IMG/VR virus record: IMGVR_UViG_3300044712_001462
Location: 1-64,000 of that record
Strand: one strand, 5' to 3'
DNA length: 64,000 nucleotides
Part shown: positions 17,268 through 26,179 of the stretch, piece after piece
Position numbering within the stretch: position 1 is the stretch's first letter
Layout of the letters: every line of letters starts with the position of its first letter
Made by a program: the position numbers and the translations under genes
Notes under the pieces: generated by a model
Told to the model about the DNA's origin: nothing
The model's database searches: none
Seen by the model: the letters and a program-made list of their open reading frames with translations, nothing else

Positions 17268-17647
17268 TCTTCTTCACCCTTATGCCTCTCCAAATAATTA
17301 CTCAGCGCTACAGCCAGATCGTCTCTCAGCCGCTTCTCGTACTCCTCAGACCCGTCACAGAGCTCTACCAGGTCCTCTAGCACGCGCTGCATACCCAGAC
17401 GGTAAAGAACCAGAGACACTGAATACTCGTCTCTGGGACCTTCATGGACACGCAGACGCCTGCGGCACTCTTCAAGCTGCTGCTTTAGCTCCTGGCGCTG
17501 CAGATAGTCTGAGATGGCTTTCTGCTTGTAGGCTTGAATATCAGATTGTAATAGCGATATCTCATTCTTTCCCTCAGCCTCAGCCCAAATGGCTTCCTCT
17601 TTCCCGACTGACCAAGCCAGCTCTGGCCGTTCTCTGTTGTCACTCAT
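17264..17647 (-). CDS. hypothetical protein
   Basis: Start MSDNRE. Confidence 0.65.
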   Translation of the reverse strand: MSDNRERPELAWSVGKEEAIWAEAEGKNEISLLQSDIQAYKQKAISDYLQRQELKQQLEECRRRLRVHEGPRDEYSVSLVLYRLGMQRVLEDLVELCDGSEEYEKRLRDDLAVALSNYLERHKGEEE

Positions 17648-17966
17648 TCTCAATCTCCGAAGGATTCCAGGGTTCTTTAATAGGTCCAATCCAGTAATGG
17701 CGATCAGGCGTATACTGCCCTCCAGCCTCGGTCAACCAGTTTTCAGAATCAAGATACTTATGCAGCAGACGTCTCAATCGCGCCGTCAGACAACGCTCAG
17801 CCTCAAGCTCAGCCTTGAGCTCAGACTTTCGACAGCACCACTCAACAGCCATTTCCGAAGAACTAACCCACGCAGCTCCCAGAGCCAACGCCGCATCCCG
17901 ACACAGTGGATCCTCTGACCGCTCCAACTCAGCATACAATTTCCAGTCAGGCATTATCGCCGCCAC
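17640..17966 (-). CDS. hypothetical protein
   Basis: Overlapping ORF run. Confidence 0.6.
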   Translation of the reverse strand: MAAIMPDWKLYAELERSEDPLCRDAALALGAAWVSSSEMAVEWCCRKSELKAELEAERCLTARLRRLLHKYLDSENWLTEAGGQYTPDRHYWIGPIKEPWNPSEIENE

Positions 17967-18217
17967 CCTTTCCTTATTTCACGCCAAGGCGCACCATCTG
18001 TACGCTCAATCAACACCGCCCAGTCATTGTCGTCGTGATCTCCGTCTGAATCGCGATAACGGTGACACGAGTATCCAAGCCGTCGCCTCAACTCTCTCAC
18101 AGCCTGTCGTAGCTGAGCCAGAGTAATGTTGAAGCTAGGGACAGATAAGCCCTTCTGAGGCGTATAAGCCTGCTTCTCGCAATCCCACGTCCCTACGCTG
18201 TAAAGTGGTTCACTCAT
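17954..18217 (-). CDS. hypothetical protein
   Basis: Start MSEPLYSVGTWD. Confidence 0.65.
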   Translation of the reverse strand: MSEPLYSVGTWDCEKQAYTPQKGLSVPSFNITLAQLRQAVRELRRRLGYSCHRYRDSDGDHDDNDWAVLIERTDGAPWREIRKGWRR

Positions 18218-18386
18218 TTTGTGCCTTTGCTTCCTCGATACACTTAGGACACACCAGGAGCTCATCCAGATAAGCCCAGCCCGTAAGCATGACAGTTGGG
18301 TCGCTATACAACCAAGTTTCCTCATGTGTCGTATGCGACTCCCCACAAATCTCACAAACGAACAAATTGATTTGGTAAATAGACAT
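18210..18386 (-). CDS. small zinc-finger protein (58 aa, below track cutoff)
   Basis: Hand translation MSIYQINLFVCEICG...LVCPKC, AAGGAG RBS. Confidence 0.6.
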   Translation of the reverse strand: MSIYQINLFVCEICGESHTTHEETWLYSDPTVMLTGWAYLDELLVCPKCIEEAKAQNE

Positions 18387-18389
18387 CTC

Positions 18390-19349
18390 TTACTCCTTAA
18401 CTAACGAAGAACACTCACTTCTCCCAGACTTACCAACAAACGCCCCAAACATCGCTTTGAGTCGAACCTTAGGCGCTAGAGCCTTGGCCCGAAGAAAAGG
18501 CTCAAGAGGCTGATCCTCTTCAAACAGCTCCCCAGGCATCCAGTCCTCTGGATACGCACACGCCTCAGCAATCAGCTTCGCTACGTCTAAGCGATGAGAC
18601 ATCGCATCATGAATACAGCGATAGTAATGTCGATGCTCATTCTTCCTCTGTTTGGCTGGAACATCCTTCGTTCTACCCAGAACAAGCACAGCGCGCTGCG
18701 CTAACCACTTCTCTCCATCTGGGATCACGGTGAACAGACTCTGGGCTCCTATGGCGTATCCTGGGATCTTGGACTTATGGAGACTCGGAAGATGCCGGAG
18801 GAGCTTAGCCCCCTCTCTTGGGGATCGAACCCTATACGTCCGGTTTTCCAGTGTGTACTCCACAGATAGATCCCAAGGCCTCACATCCTTCCCAAGGTCT
18901 CTGAGACAAGTCTTGTAGTTGGTCAGAGGATCGAGGATCCGGTGCGCAATCGGAGCCACTACATTTCGTTGCCAGCAGAAGCAACAGATAAACTGAAACT
19001 TACAAGTCCTGGTGACTGGATAAATCGGTGTGTCAGCCGGATGGCAGTTCATGATGAAGTAGTAGTCCGCTGGTTTGATCAGCTTCTTACTCGCCAGATG
19101 GGCGCACAGATAACGCTTCTCAGCTACCAGACGGTTGAAAGCTGTTTTGGTTGCACTACGCGTCAGGATCTCCCGTTCCGTCATTCTGGGCAGAGCCCTA
19201 CGCAGAGCCTGGGCGTAAGGAGTCTTCCGTAGCTCCTGAACAGTGAAATACACGCGCTCCTTAAAACCAGCCTCATGATCTGCTCGATAAGCAGAAAGGT
19301 GTCGAGTGGTATCTCGACGTTTCGACTTCTTCACTCCTCCGTACCTCAT
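18390..19349 (-). CDS. basic protein with Rep/IS91-like 4-Cys zinc motif; candidate origin-binding protein
   Basis: MNC-x13-CKFQFICCFCWQR; Arg/Lys-rich; directly beside the repeat region. Confidence 0.6.
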   Translation of the reverse strand: MRYGGVKKSKRRDTTRHLSAYRADHEAGFKERVYFTVQELRKTPYAQALRRALPRMTEREILTRSATKTAFNRLVAEKRYLCAHLASKKLIKPADYYFIMNCHPADTPIYPVTRTCKFQFICCFCWQRNVVAPIAHRILDPLTNYKTCLRDLGKDVRPWDLSVEYTLENRTYRVRSPREGAKLLRHLPSLHKSKIPGYAIGAQSLFTVIPDGEKWLAQRAVLVLGRTKDVPAKQRKNEHRHYYRCIHDAMSHRLDVAKLIAEACAYPEDWMPGELFEEDQPLEPFLRAKALAPKVRLKAMFGAFVGKSGRSECSSLVKE

Positions 19350-19940
19350 TTAAAAAAACAACACTTCTCCCACAGGACAATCAAAAAACCTGGGACTTAT
19401 CCTCACTCTCTCTCCTATAGAGAACCGTTAAGACATATACACCGTCTTCGGTGTGTATATGAATTGAGAAAAAACGCTTAGTAAGGTAAGTAGATTAGAT
19501 TCAACCAGCCAAAGACAGCAGATAATTTACGCACATAGGATCCTCTTGGCGTAAATTTGAAAAAACATCACATCGCCTATCCCATCTCAAGAAAAAAACC
19601 TGGGACTTATCCTCACTCTCTCTCCTATAGAGAACCGTTAAGACATATACACCGTCTTCGGTGTGTATATGTTAAAAGAAAAGTTCCTTAGTTTAGTAAG
19701 TATTAAGCTTAGTCTTTCATTGTTGTTCGCTCTTCCGAGGCGGAAGAGAAACAGCCATGAAAGCGATTTCTGAGTCCGCGAACCCTGGTTGATCGCTTCG
19801 CTCTCAACCTTAGGGCTCGCAAACTCTCTGACACAAGGTGTCTGCGCTTTTGTTCAAAGGGAGAAGAAAGGTGCTGTGAGGAGCGAATCAGGTCTCTTAT
19901 TTACGTAGATAGGATTCTATCTGGGTAAATTCTGAACACC
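19350..19940. other. candidate replication origin region
   Basis: Largest non-coding gap, A-tracts, direct repeats, hairpins 19731-19747 and 19778-19820, apparent C>G to G>=C skew change. Confidence 0.5.
19383..19671. repeat. two perfect 79-bp direct repeats (19383-19461, 19593-19671), 210-bp period, each ending in a hairpin
   Basis: AAAAAACCTGGGACTTATCC...CATATACACCG-TCTT-CGGTGTGTATATG identical in both copies. Confidence 0.97.
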
Positions 19941-20126
19941 TCACAGATTCTGGATGAGTGTGTTTGCCAGTCCAAAGGTTTGAAGCGTAGCAATATGATC
20001 TTCTTCAACCACTTCATTCTCCTCATCTCTGGTCATTCGATAAACATCCCACCAGTCATCTCCATTGAGTCTGCACACATATACTCTGCCATCGATGTCG
20101 AATAAGACGTGTTCAAGCATCATCAC
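19941..20126 (-). CDS. hypothetical protein
   Basis: GAGAGG RBS. Confidence 0.6.
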   Translation of the reverse strand: MMMLEHVLFDIDGRVYVCRLNGDDWWDVYRMTRDEENEVVEEDHIATLQTFGLANTLIQNL

Positions 20127-20170
20127 CTCTCAATCACTCTGTGAATCACTATGGCTCGCGATGTACGCGC

Positions 20171-20551
20171 TTAACACTCTGTGAAGCTGTCGGTTTGTTG
20201 TCGGTCAGAATAAGGACACGTCTCATCGGTACAAAATCCATACCTATCGATGTCTGACCCGCATCTCTTACAGCCAACACCTACGACATACCCGTTCCTA
20301 GTAGACACACCGTCTAGATTCAGTCGTCTTACATACCACCCACTTAGGTTAGTATTGATGTGTGTCGCTAAAGCAACCTCATCCAGTTTGACGACTTGAA
20401 CACTCAGTGCAGGATAGTTATCTGGATAGAAACTCACCTCGAGTCGATTGTCACCCTGAAGTCCTATCCAGGCGATGATGGCTCCGTTGTCAGCTGTGAG
20501 TAAGGTGTTTCCACGTTCATCTTCATGCCAGTGGTCATGTAGTTTGATCAT
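20171..20551 (-). CDS. hypothetical protein with C-terminal Cys cluster
   Basis: CKRCG...C.DETCPYSD. Confidence 0.65.
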   Translation of the reverse strand: MIKLHDHWHEDERGNTLLTADNGAIIAWIGLQGDNRLEVSFYPDNYPALSVQVVKLDEVALATHINTNLSGWYVRRLNLDGVSTRNGYVVGVGCKRCGSDIDRYGFCTDETCPYSDRQQTDSFTEC

Positions 20552-20892
20552 TCTTCGTTTTCCTCAATGGAGAGGGTTTCGATCCATTCTTCGTCCCCTT
20601 CTTCGATGTGTTTCTCGTCGTAGGCCACCTGACCAGTCCTACACAGCTCTTCTGCTTCTTCTGGCGTACTGGCCTCTATGGCATAGTAAAAGGTGCGCAC
20701 TACAAACTTCTCTAAGGCAACAACGTTAAACGTCTTCGTTGGAGCCTCAAACTCGGGTACATCGACACCCACGACCATAATATTCACCAGTCTGGTATCG
20801 ATTTCTCCCAAGGCCTCTTGGGCTGTGTCGAAGATGGGCCCAGTTAGCATCGTTTCAGAAGCGTAATCGTATAAAGCGTATTTCTTGGTCAT
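20548..20892 (-). CDS. hypothetical protein
   Basis: IEASTPEEAEE motif. Confidence 0.7.
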   Translation of the reverse strand: MTKKYALYDYASETMLTGPIFDTAQEALGEIDTRLVNIMVVGVDVPEFEAPTKTFNVVALEKFVVRTFYYAIEASTPEEAEELCRTGQVAYDEKHIEEGDEEWIETLSIEENEE

Positions 20893-20898
20893 TTCTGT

Positions 20899-21168
20899 TT
20901 ACTGATCCTTAAGGTCTGGTTGATAGCTTCTGGTTTGTTTTGCCAGTTTAGCCGCCTTCGATCTCTGATTTGGCGTGAGTTTGTTTAGGGCCTCGGCTAT
21001 GATCTCACCGTAAAAATCCAGTTCTTCCTGGGTCATGGCTGCAGCACCCGTTAGTTCGATCGTGACTGCGTTGAGTTTCTCTTGACCTAGAAAGATGTGA
21101 CCTTCTGCGTGATCTCGGTAGTGCTTCCGGTAGACCACACCATCTGTCGTTACCTTTTTTCCAGACAT
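20899..21168 (-). CDS. hypothetical protein
   Basis: AAGGA RBS. Confidence 0.65.
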   Translation of the reverse strand: MSGKKVTTDGVVYRKHYRDHAEGHIFLGQEKLNAVTIELTGAAAMTQEELDFYGEIIAEALNKLTPNQRSKAAKLAKQTRSYQPDLKDQ

Positions 21169-21181
21169 AGTGTTTTCCTTG

Positions 21182-21883
21182 TTAGTCGTGGTAATCCACA
21201 GTCACACACAGCCAGTCATCCTGGGGGGTATGTGATTGGCGATACTCATCGCTGTAGTTCTGCAGTCTGCTCTCCAAGGTCTCGAGTGCTTTAGCAATCG
21301 TGCCATCCCAGGTTGTCTCTTCGCTATTCACTCCGTTCCAAATCTGTTGCGACAGCATGAATATGGCTTCATAGGGCCCGGAATAGACACTAACGCCTTC
21401 TGGTGGGTGCGGAACGAAGCTTGGGCCCGCCACGATGACCCTGGCAGCCGTAGCGTGTTTAGACCTGCTAAGAGGCCATACGTCGCCGTCTAACGCATCC
21501 AGAACAGCAGTCGCAAACTGGTTATTAGAGTGCTGGAAAAGCGGACAGGAAACCTCCTGGCCATCTTCTCGAGGAAACATCTCGTTCCACTTTGCATCGA
21601 CTCGGGGAATTTGTGTTGCTGGTTGAAGACTCTGCTTTCCAGCGATCAACCCAGATACGGTCAGTTTTTCGTTGTCGCACCAGTCGTAAAATTCTTGAAG
21701 TTTGTCCTGGTCGAGACTGTCTACGAATTTGTCTCCGGCCCAACGCCCGCCGATCACGTACCAGTCGTAGAAAGGATGGTACGCTTCTTCCTTGTTTTCG
21801 TCGAAGGGCTCCATAATGCTAGAAATTGCGCCCTCCACGTTGTCAGTTGGGGGCATGATGATTTCGAGATGGTAATGGGACAT
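21182..21883 (-). CDS. conserved hypothetical phage protein
   Basis: MSHY...PFDEN...YDWYVIGGRW...VTVDYH; start after GGGAG. Confidence 0.8.
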   Translation of the reverse strand: MSHYHLEIIMPPTDNVEGAISSIMEPFDENKEEAYHPFYDWYVIGGRWAGDKFVDSLDQDKLQEFYDWCDNEKLTVSGLIAGKQSLQPATQIPRVDAKWNEMFPREDGQEVSCPLFQHSNNQFATAVLDALDGDVWPLSRSKHATAARVIVAGPSFVPHPPEGVSVYSGPYEAIFMLSQQIWNGVNSEETTWDGTIAKALETLESRLQNYSDEYRQSHTPQDDWLCVTVDYHD

Positions 21884-21896
21884 AGTATCTCCCTGG

Positions 21897-22094
21897 TTAT
21901 TTAAGGATTTCGTAGAGGAACCATTTACCAGCGTTGATGTTGCTAGTAAAGCAATAGAGACAGGTGGCACCTTTCACGCGGCGCTCTGTCATAATCTGCT
22001 GGAGACGGGCCCGAGCGTGGGCTACGTCAGAAACATCTTCGTAATAATCTTTGCCGCGGAACCACCAATGAAGGCGGTAGAGCCTTTCGCTCAT
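21897..22094 (-). CDS. hypothetical protein
   Basis: Fills a gap in the gene run. Confidence 0.55.
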   Translation of the reverse strand: MSERLYRLHWWFRGKDYYEDVSDVAHARARLQQIMTERRVKGATCLYCFTSNINAGKWFLYEILK

Positions 22095-22097
22095 GCC

Positions 22098-22445
22098 TTA
22101 GTATCTGTTCCCTAGAGCATCCAGGCATGTTTCGATGGCTTCGTTTACCCGAGGATCTTCTGACTCGGTAATAACACCGGCGCAAACTAGCGACAGTAGG
22201 AATGACTCCAGGGTGTGCAGGCCAGCGTTAACACAGTGTCGTCCGAGAGCATCCTCTTCACTCTCTGTGTTGTTTTCATCAGCTCCCTGGGAGCCATCGC
22301 AGTCATTGAAGCAGTCCTCGAGGCCACAGCTTGGGCAGGTTTCTCTAGCGAGCCCCATTATGACGCTGCCACTCTTGTCTACGTCGCGGATAATCAACAC
22401 GTTTTTGTCGTAAAAACTCAGGTATTGTGCGCTGGTATGACTCAT
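22098..22445 (-). CDS. hypothetical protein
   Basis: Start MSHTSA, ATGA overlap; CPSCG..DC..DC. Confidence 0.65.
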   Translation of the reverse strand: MSHTSAQYLSFYDKNVLIIRDVDKSGSVIMGLARETCPSCGLEDCFNDCDGSQGADENNTESEEDALGRHCVNAGLHTLESFLLSLVCAGVITESEDPRVNEAIETCLDALGNRY

Positions 22446-22972
22446 GTTTTTCGCGTGATGTCCTGAATGTTCCACTTTAGTTGTTCTGTCAGCCCGATTT
22501 GAGATTTTCTGCTCAGATTCGCGAGATCGTGACAAACTCGTTGGTAATCCAGTTGGTCTCGATCGATATGGTGCGCGGTAATTACCAGCCCTTGTCGGAC
22601 AACTCCGAACATGGCCAGCCACAGCTCGCGATTCGTTTTGAGCGTTGGCGAAACGAGGAGCTTGTCATCTGCCAGTCCATTTATGACGTATTGACTGTCT
22701 GAGATAACGTGAACACGATATCCGCCATTTCTGACTTCCGCGGCATTTACCAAAAACATCAGGGGGTGCAGAATAGCGAGAATTTCTGAAAGATTATTTG
22801 TTCCACACGACATTCCGCCATGAAACGCTTTAACGTGCACGTCATCTCGTCGAATAAGTAGCGATCCCCAGCCCGCCTCGCGCTCCCAAGTTGTCGCCGA
22901 ACCGTCGCCGATGACGATCGCGTCCCAAAGATGATCCTCGATCTGGAAATACTCGAGTAGTTCTTTAATCAC
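22442..22972 (-). CDS. rnhA: ribonuclease HI-like protein
   Basis: GDGS, TNNLSE, SDSQYV, NRELW, CHDLA catalytic pattern. Confidence 0.85.
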   Translation of the reverse strand: MIKELLEYFQIEDHLWDAIVIGDGSATTWEREAGWGSLLIRRDDVHVKAFHGGMSCGTNNLSEILAILHPLMFLVNAAEVRNGGYRVHVISDSQYVINGLADDKLLVSPTLKTNRELWLAMFGVVRQGLVITAHHIDRDQLDYQRVCHDLANLSRKSQIGLTEQLKWNIQDITRKT

Positions 22973-22994
22973 TGCTGTCCTCTTTCTAATATCG

Positions 22995-23029
22995 AAAACA
23001 GAAAGCCAGCCGTTTTACCGACTGGCTCT
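22995..23029 (-). terminator. probable intrinsic terminator
   Basis: Minus strand AGCCAGTCG-GTAAAA-CGGCTGGCT followed by TTCTGTTTT. Confidence 0.6.
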
Positions 23030-23048
23030 CTCCTTACTGTCTTGATAT

Positions 23049-23246
23049 TCAATCCACGATGAGTAGTGTTGGTGGGGGACGATCCTCATCGACATCTGCA
23101 AAATCGTGAACAAACATTAAAAACAACTCACCAGATTCGCCTCTCACTGGCATGCAGTCAGGTAGGTCGGCGATTAAAGACTTCAAATCAGCAATGGTAT
23201 CAACCGTCATATTACATCCCATGTGTATCCACTGCTCGTCGCTCAT
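23049..23246 (-). CDS. hypothetical protein
   Basis: TIADLKSLIADLPD.MPV motif. Confidence 0.6.
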   Translation of the reverse strand: MSDEQWIHMGCNMTVDTIADLKSLIADLPDCMPVRGESGELFLMFVHDFADVDEDRPPPTLLIVD

Positions 23247-23466
23247 TCAACTTCCTCACGTAGCGATTCAGGTTGTCAAGGTCCGTCCAGCACTGACTGG
23301 TACGTACGGTAGTGGATTCGGCCTCTTCCGTCGGGTACAGAGCAACCCACTGCTGGTTCTCCATAAGCTGTTTAATCCGCCTGACTGAGATGGTGCCGTC
23401 ACCTCGGATAACAAATACCGTATCACCCTTGTGAAGAACGTGGCCGTCTGCGCTAGTCAACTGCAT
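23212..23466 (-). CDS. hypothetical protein
   Basis: ORF run. Confidence 0.6.
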   Translation of the reverse strand: MQLTSADGHVLHKGDTVFVIRGDGTISVRRIKQLMENQQWVALYPTEEAESTTVRTSQCWTDLDNLNRYVRKLNERRAVDTHGM

Positions 23467-23647
23467 TACGTTTCTCCCAATCTCTGTTCATTAATCGAAA
23501 CGCTTCGCCGCGCTCCTGGGCCCAGCCGATGTTAACGAAACACACACCTTGCTCTAATCGTTCTTTCCGATCTATGGCGAACCGACATGGCAGCTTCCAC
23601 CCCGTGAATTCCTCAATCCGATAGTCTTGCGAATCGTGGATGATCAT
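23453..23647 (-). CDS. hypothetical protein
   Basis: Start MIIHDS, ATGA overlap. Confidence 0.55.
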   Translation of the reverse strand: MIIHDSQDYRIEEFTGWKLPCRFAIDRKERLEQGVCFVNIGWAQERGEAFRLMNRDWEKRNAVD

Positions 23648-23880
23648 GTCTCTACCTTCATCATGTCGTATTTGGTTGCCGCTGACTCTGTCCACCCCTT
23701 CATAAGTTTCGGGGCGTGTAGACGCACCACACAGCAGAAACAATCGTACCGCCCCTTATACGGGAGAATGGCAAGGATCCGTGCCATGTGCTGGCCGGGT
23801 TCTCGACCGTCGTCAGTCTCCCAGAATACGGGGCCGAATTCGTCGCCTACTTTCAGTGTCTCTGGTTTTTTTGGTCTCAT
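23644..23880 (-). CDS. hypothetical protein
   Basis: ORF run. Confidence 0.6.
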   Translation of the reverse strand: MRPKKPETLKVGDEFGPVFWETDDGREPGQHMARILAILPYKGRYDCFCCVVRLHAPKLMKGWTESAATKYDMMKVET

Positions 23881-23881
23881 T

Positions 23882-24319
23882 TCATTTCAGGCGCATGGCC
23901 GAACGGTAGCCTGCGGGTAATACACCGACACAGACTCGCGAAACATGGCCCTTGAAAACGCCTTTTCCTTCCCTCACCAGTCGCCCAGACTTGGAAACGA
24001 CATCTGCTTTTCGCCGGTACGTTCCGTGGAATCGGTAGATCTCGCTAGGTCCGAGCTTTACCTTTCCTTTGTCGACACACCGTTGATTTAGTGTTTCATG
24101 CAAGTCTTCGTAAACCCAGGGTGAGTCTTCGAGCTGGATACCGTCAACAGTTTCAAATGTCCAATCGATAACTGTCACATCACCGTAGTAGCCATGTGTG
24201 AAAAGAGCGAACCCGGCGTACACTTCCTCTGGAACAGGAGCTAAGTGGCCCCATGTCTCGTGAGTGATTGTTCTGGCGTAAACATCTTCTGCGGCGGCGA
24301 ATTGGTCAGCTAGAGACAT
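23882..24319 (-). CDS. hypothetical phage protein
   Basis: TWGHLAP...DSPW.YE...IYRFHG motifs. Confidence 0.7.
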   Translation of the reverse strand: MSLADQFAAAEDVYARTITHETWGHLAPVPEEVYAGFALFTHGYYGDVTVIDWTFETVDGIQLEDSPWVYEDLHETLNQRCVDKGKVKLGPSEIYRFHGTYRRKADVVSKSGRLVREGKGVFKGHVSRVCVGVLPAGYRSAMRLK

Positions 24320-24452
24320 TAGTAGCTTTCTGGATTGCGGATCTTAGAAGGTTTACGGCTTCCCTGTTGTCATCGGAGTAATCCTCGTTAGCCCCAAACT
24401 GGATCAGCGACAACGGGCAGGCCTCAAGTAATTCCCGGTCGTGTCTGTTCAT
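24306..24452 (-). CDS. 48-aa truncated paralog of the C terminus of 25150-25461
   Basis: MNRHDRELLEACPLSLIQFGANEDYSDDNREAV...; 30 bp identical to 25219-25248. Confidence 0.6.
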   Translation of the reverse strand: MNRHDRELLEACPLSLIQFGANEDYSDDNREAVNLLRSAIQKATNVSS

Positions 24453-24458
24453 GCTGAC

Positions 24459-24683
24459 TCATTCACTTTTGGTTTCATTCTTTTCTTCGTGATGGATGCA
24501 CCCAAACTCGGGCCCAGTTTTAAGACCACAGTGCAGTCCCGTGTCGTCAGCCGCATCAGCGTAAATATCAAAAAGGGTAGCCGGATTTCTGGTAGCTGGA
24601 ATGTTTCCGACTTTATCACACTCACCCGGAAACCATACTGACCAGCACTTACATGTTTGACATGTCTTCATACTTGTTCTCAC
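24459..24683 (-). CDS. Cys-rich hypothetical protein
   Basis: KTCQTCKCW...GEC...TGPEFGCIHH. Confidence 0.65.
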   Translation of the reverse strand: MRTSMKTCQTCKCWSVWFPGECDKVGNIPATRNPATLFDIYADAADDTGLHCGLKTGPEFGCIHHEEKNETKSE

Positions 24684-25153
24684 ATCTGCCCCGCTTCCAC
24701 TAATACCTTCGTCAACTCATCCACAACCTCTTGGCCTGGGAACTCCCCTTTTCCTCCCGCAATGTGCCAGGCGTCTCGTACATCACACAGAGTCTGGAGC
24801 GCCTTTTTACAGGCTTGAGCCATTTCTGGGGCTCTGAGGATCAACCGTGTGTTGGCATAGCTGACCTGCAGCGGTGGAGCATCGTTGTGGCACCTATTAT
24901 CGGTCATAATAGCGATCCAGCAACCGTCGGCATCGTGGATAGATGTTTCCGGTATTTGCCACTCCGTAGCCACCCAGGGAGCCGAGCTGTGCTTTGAAAT
25001 CTCTTCGAGCTTCACCCATGAGCCGTCAAGAGGAAGGTGTAACTCAAACGTTTCTGACTCAGAAAAGCGATCAGCAAAATTCAAGCCCGTCCAGCCATAT
25101 TCGTTGGACCAGAACAGTCCGTCGTCGATCTGGTTAATAATGACGTAGGTCAC
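24680..25153 (-). CDS. TPGPW...NARLIAAAP-family phage protein
   Basis: HSSAPW...ANTRLILRAPEM. Confidence 0.7.
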   Translation of the reverse strand: MTYVIINQIDDGLFWSNEYGWTGLNFADRFSESETFELHLPLDGSWVKLEEISKHSSAPWVATEWQIPETSIHDADGCWIAIMTDNRCHNDAPPLQVSYANTRLILRAPEMAQACKKALQTLCDVRDAWHIAGGKGEFPGQEVVDELTKVLVEAGQM

Positions 25154-25461
25154 TCTTCCTCCTCCCCCTCCAAAGCCGCTCGAATAGCCTCTCTGAGAGC
25201 ATCTACAGCTTCCTTGTCGTCATCGGAGTAATCCTCGTTAGCCCCAAATTGGATGAGGGCTAACTGGCAAGCGGCAAACATTTTTGGCGAAGCGGCTATC
25301 AGCCGAGCATTCGCCTCCCGCTCCTCCTCACTGATAAAAAGGGCCGCCAGATCATACCGAGCTACGGTAGGCGTAGCTCCGTCGTCTCGCTCAGCCACGC
25401 TTTTGATGTGTCCAAGCGTTCCGCCGTAATCTTTTACCCAGGGACCTGGTGTAAAGGTCAT
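25150..25461 (-). CDS. TPGPW...NARLIAAAP-family phage protein
   Basis: FTPGPW...ANARLIAASPKM. Confidence 0.75.
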   Translation of the reverse strand: MTFTPGPWVKDYGGTLGHIKSVAERDDGATPTVARYDLAALFISEEEREANARLIAASPKMFAACQLALIQFGANEDYSDDDKEAVDALREAIRAALEGEEEE

Positions 25462-25793
25462 TCTGTCTCCCATCTTGTTGAGTTGTTGATAACTTCACGG
25501 CAGCGATCTGCGTGATACTCCCATCCGCCAACAATTTTAGCTTTGACGAGCCCAGCTGCCTTCTGAACCGCATCACGGATGACAAGTTCTGCCTGCTGGA
25601 GTTCAGCCAGAAGGGCTGGTGCGTTACTTATTAGCTGGGCGTTGTTTTCTTGGACAACGCCTGGACATGCCTCGTCATCTAGCTCGAGATCAGCACAAAC
25701 ATTCGCTACTATGTTTCGGTCTGCCGCGTAAATAGGGATGTCATCTGAGTCTGACCAGGTTTTGGCTTCCCACGGCCCAGGTGAGTGGGTCAT
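25458..25793 (-). CDS. TPGPW...NARLIAAAP-family phage protein
   Basis: HSPGPW...NNAQLISNAPALL. Confidence 0.75.
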   Translation of the reverse strand: MTHSPGPWEAKTWSDSDDIPIYAADRNIVANVCADLELDDEACPGVVQENNAQLISNAPALLAELQQAELVIRDAVQKAAGLVKAKIVGGWEYHADRCREVINNSTRWETE

Positions 25794-26179
25794 TCTGTTC
25801 CTCCCGCGATTGGATCAAACCGCTCCCACGACGCCAGCAACTGAGCTACATGCGTAGCAATCAAACCCTCTGCGCCTTCTTTGCTGTGTAGATCCAGATT
25901 GAATCTGCCGGTCTCAGACCAGCTTGGTATTGGAAATAGATTCATGCGCAATTGCGACTCGAACGGGTAGATCACAATCACGTCCGTCTCCGCGGCTCCA
26001 TCCGGCGCGCGCATGCATAGCGCATATTCCTGATTTCGCTGCTCAAACCGCCCGACTGTCTGACCGAGCTGCCGCAGTAGTTCTTGGAAGTACTGATATT
26101 TATCTTGCCGTGCAGCGTAGTCGGCGTGGTGCTTGTCCAGCTCTTGGTTTATCCGGTCAATCACTGTTTGGTAGGTCAT
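25790..26179 (-). CDS. hypothetical protein, paralog of 26176-26568
   Basis: INQEL...YQYFQELLRQLG...IATHVAQLL. Confidence 0.7.
   Translation of the reverse strand: MTYQTVIDRINQELDKHHADYAARQDKYQYFQELLRQLGQTVGRFEQRNQEYALCMRAPDGAAETDVIVIYPFESQLRMNLFPIPSWSETGRFNLDLHSKEGAEGLIATHVAQLLASWERFDPIAGGTE

Noticed and set aside
19383-19671. CRISPR array
   Set aside because: Only two 79-bp units separated by 131 bp; sizes do not fit repeat-spacer geometry and no cas1/cas2 is present.
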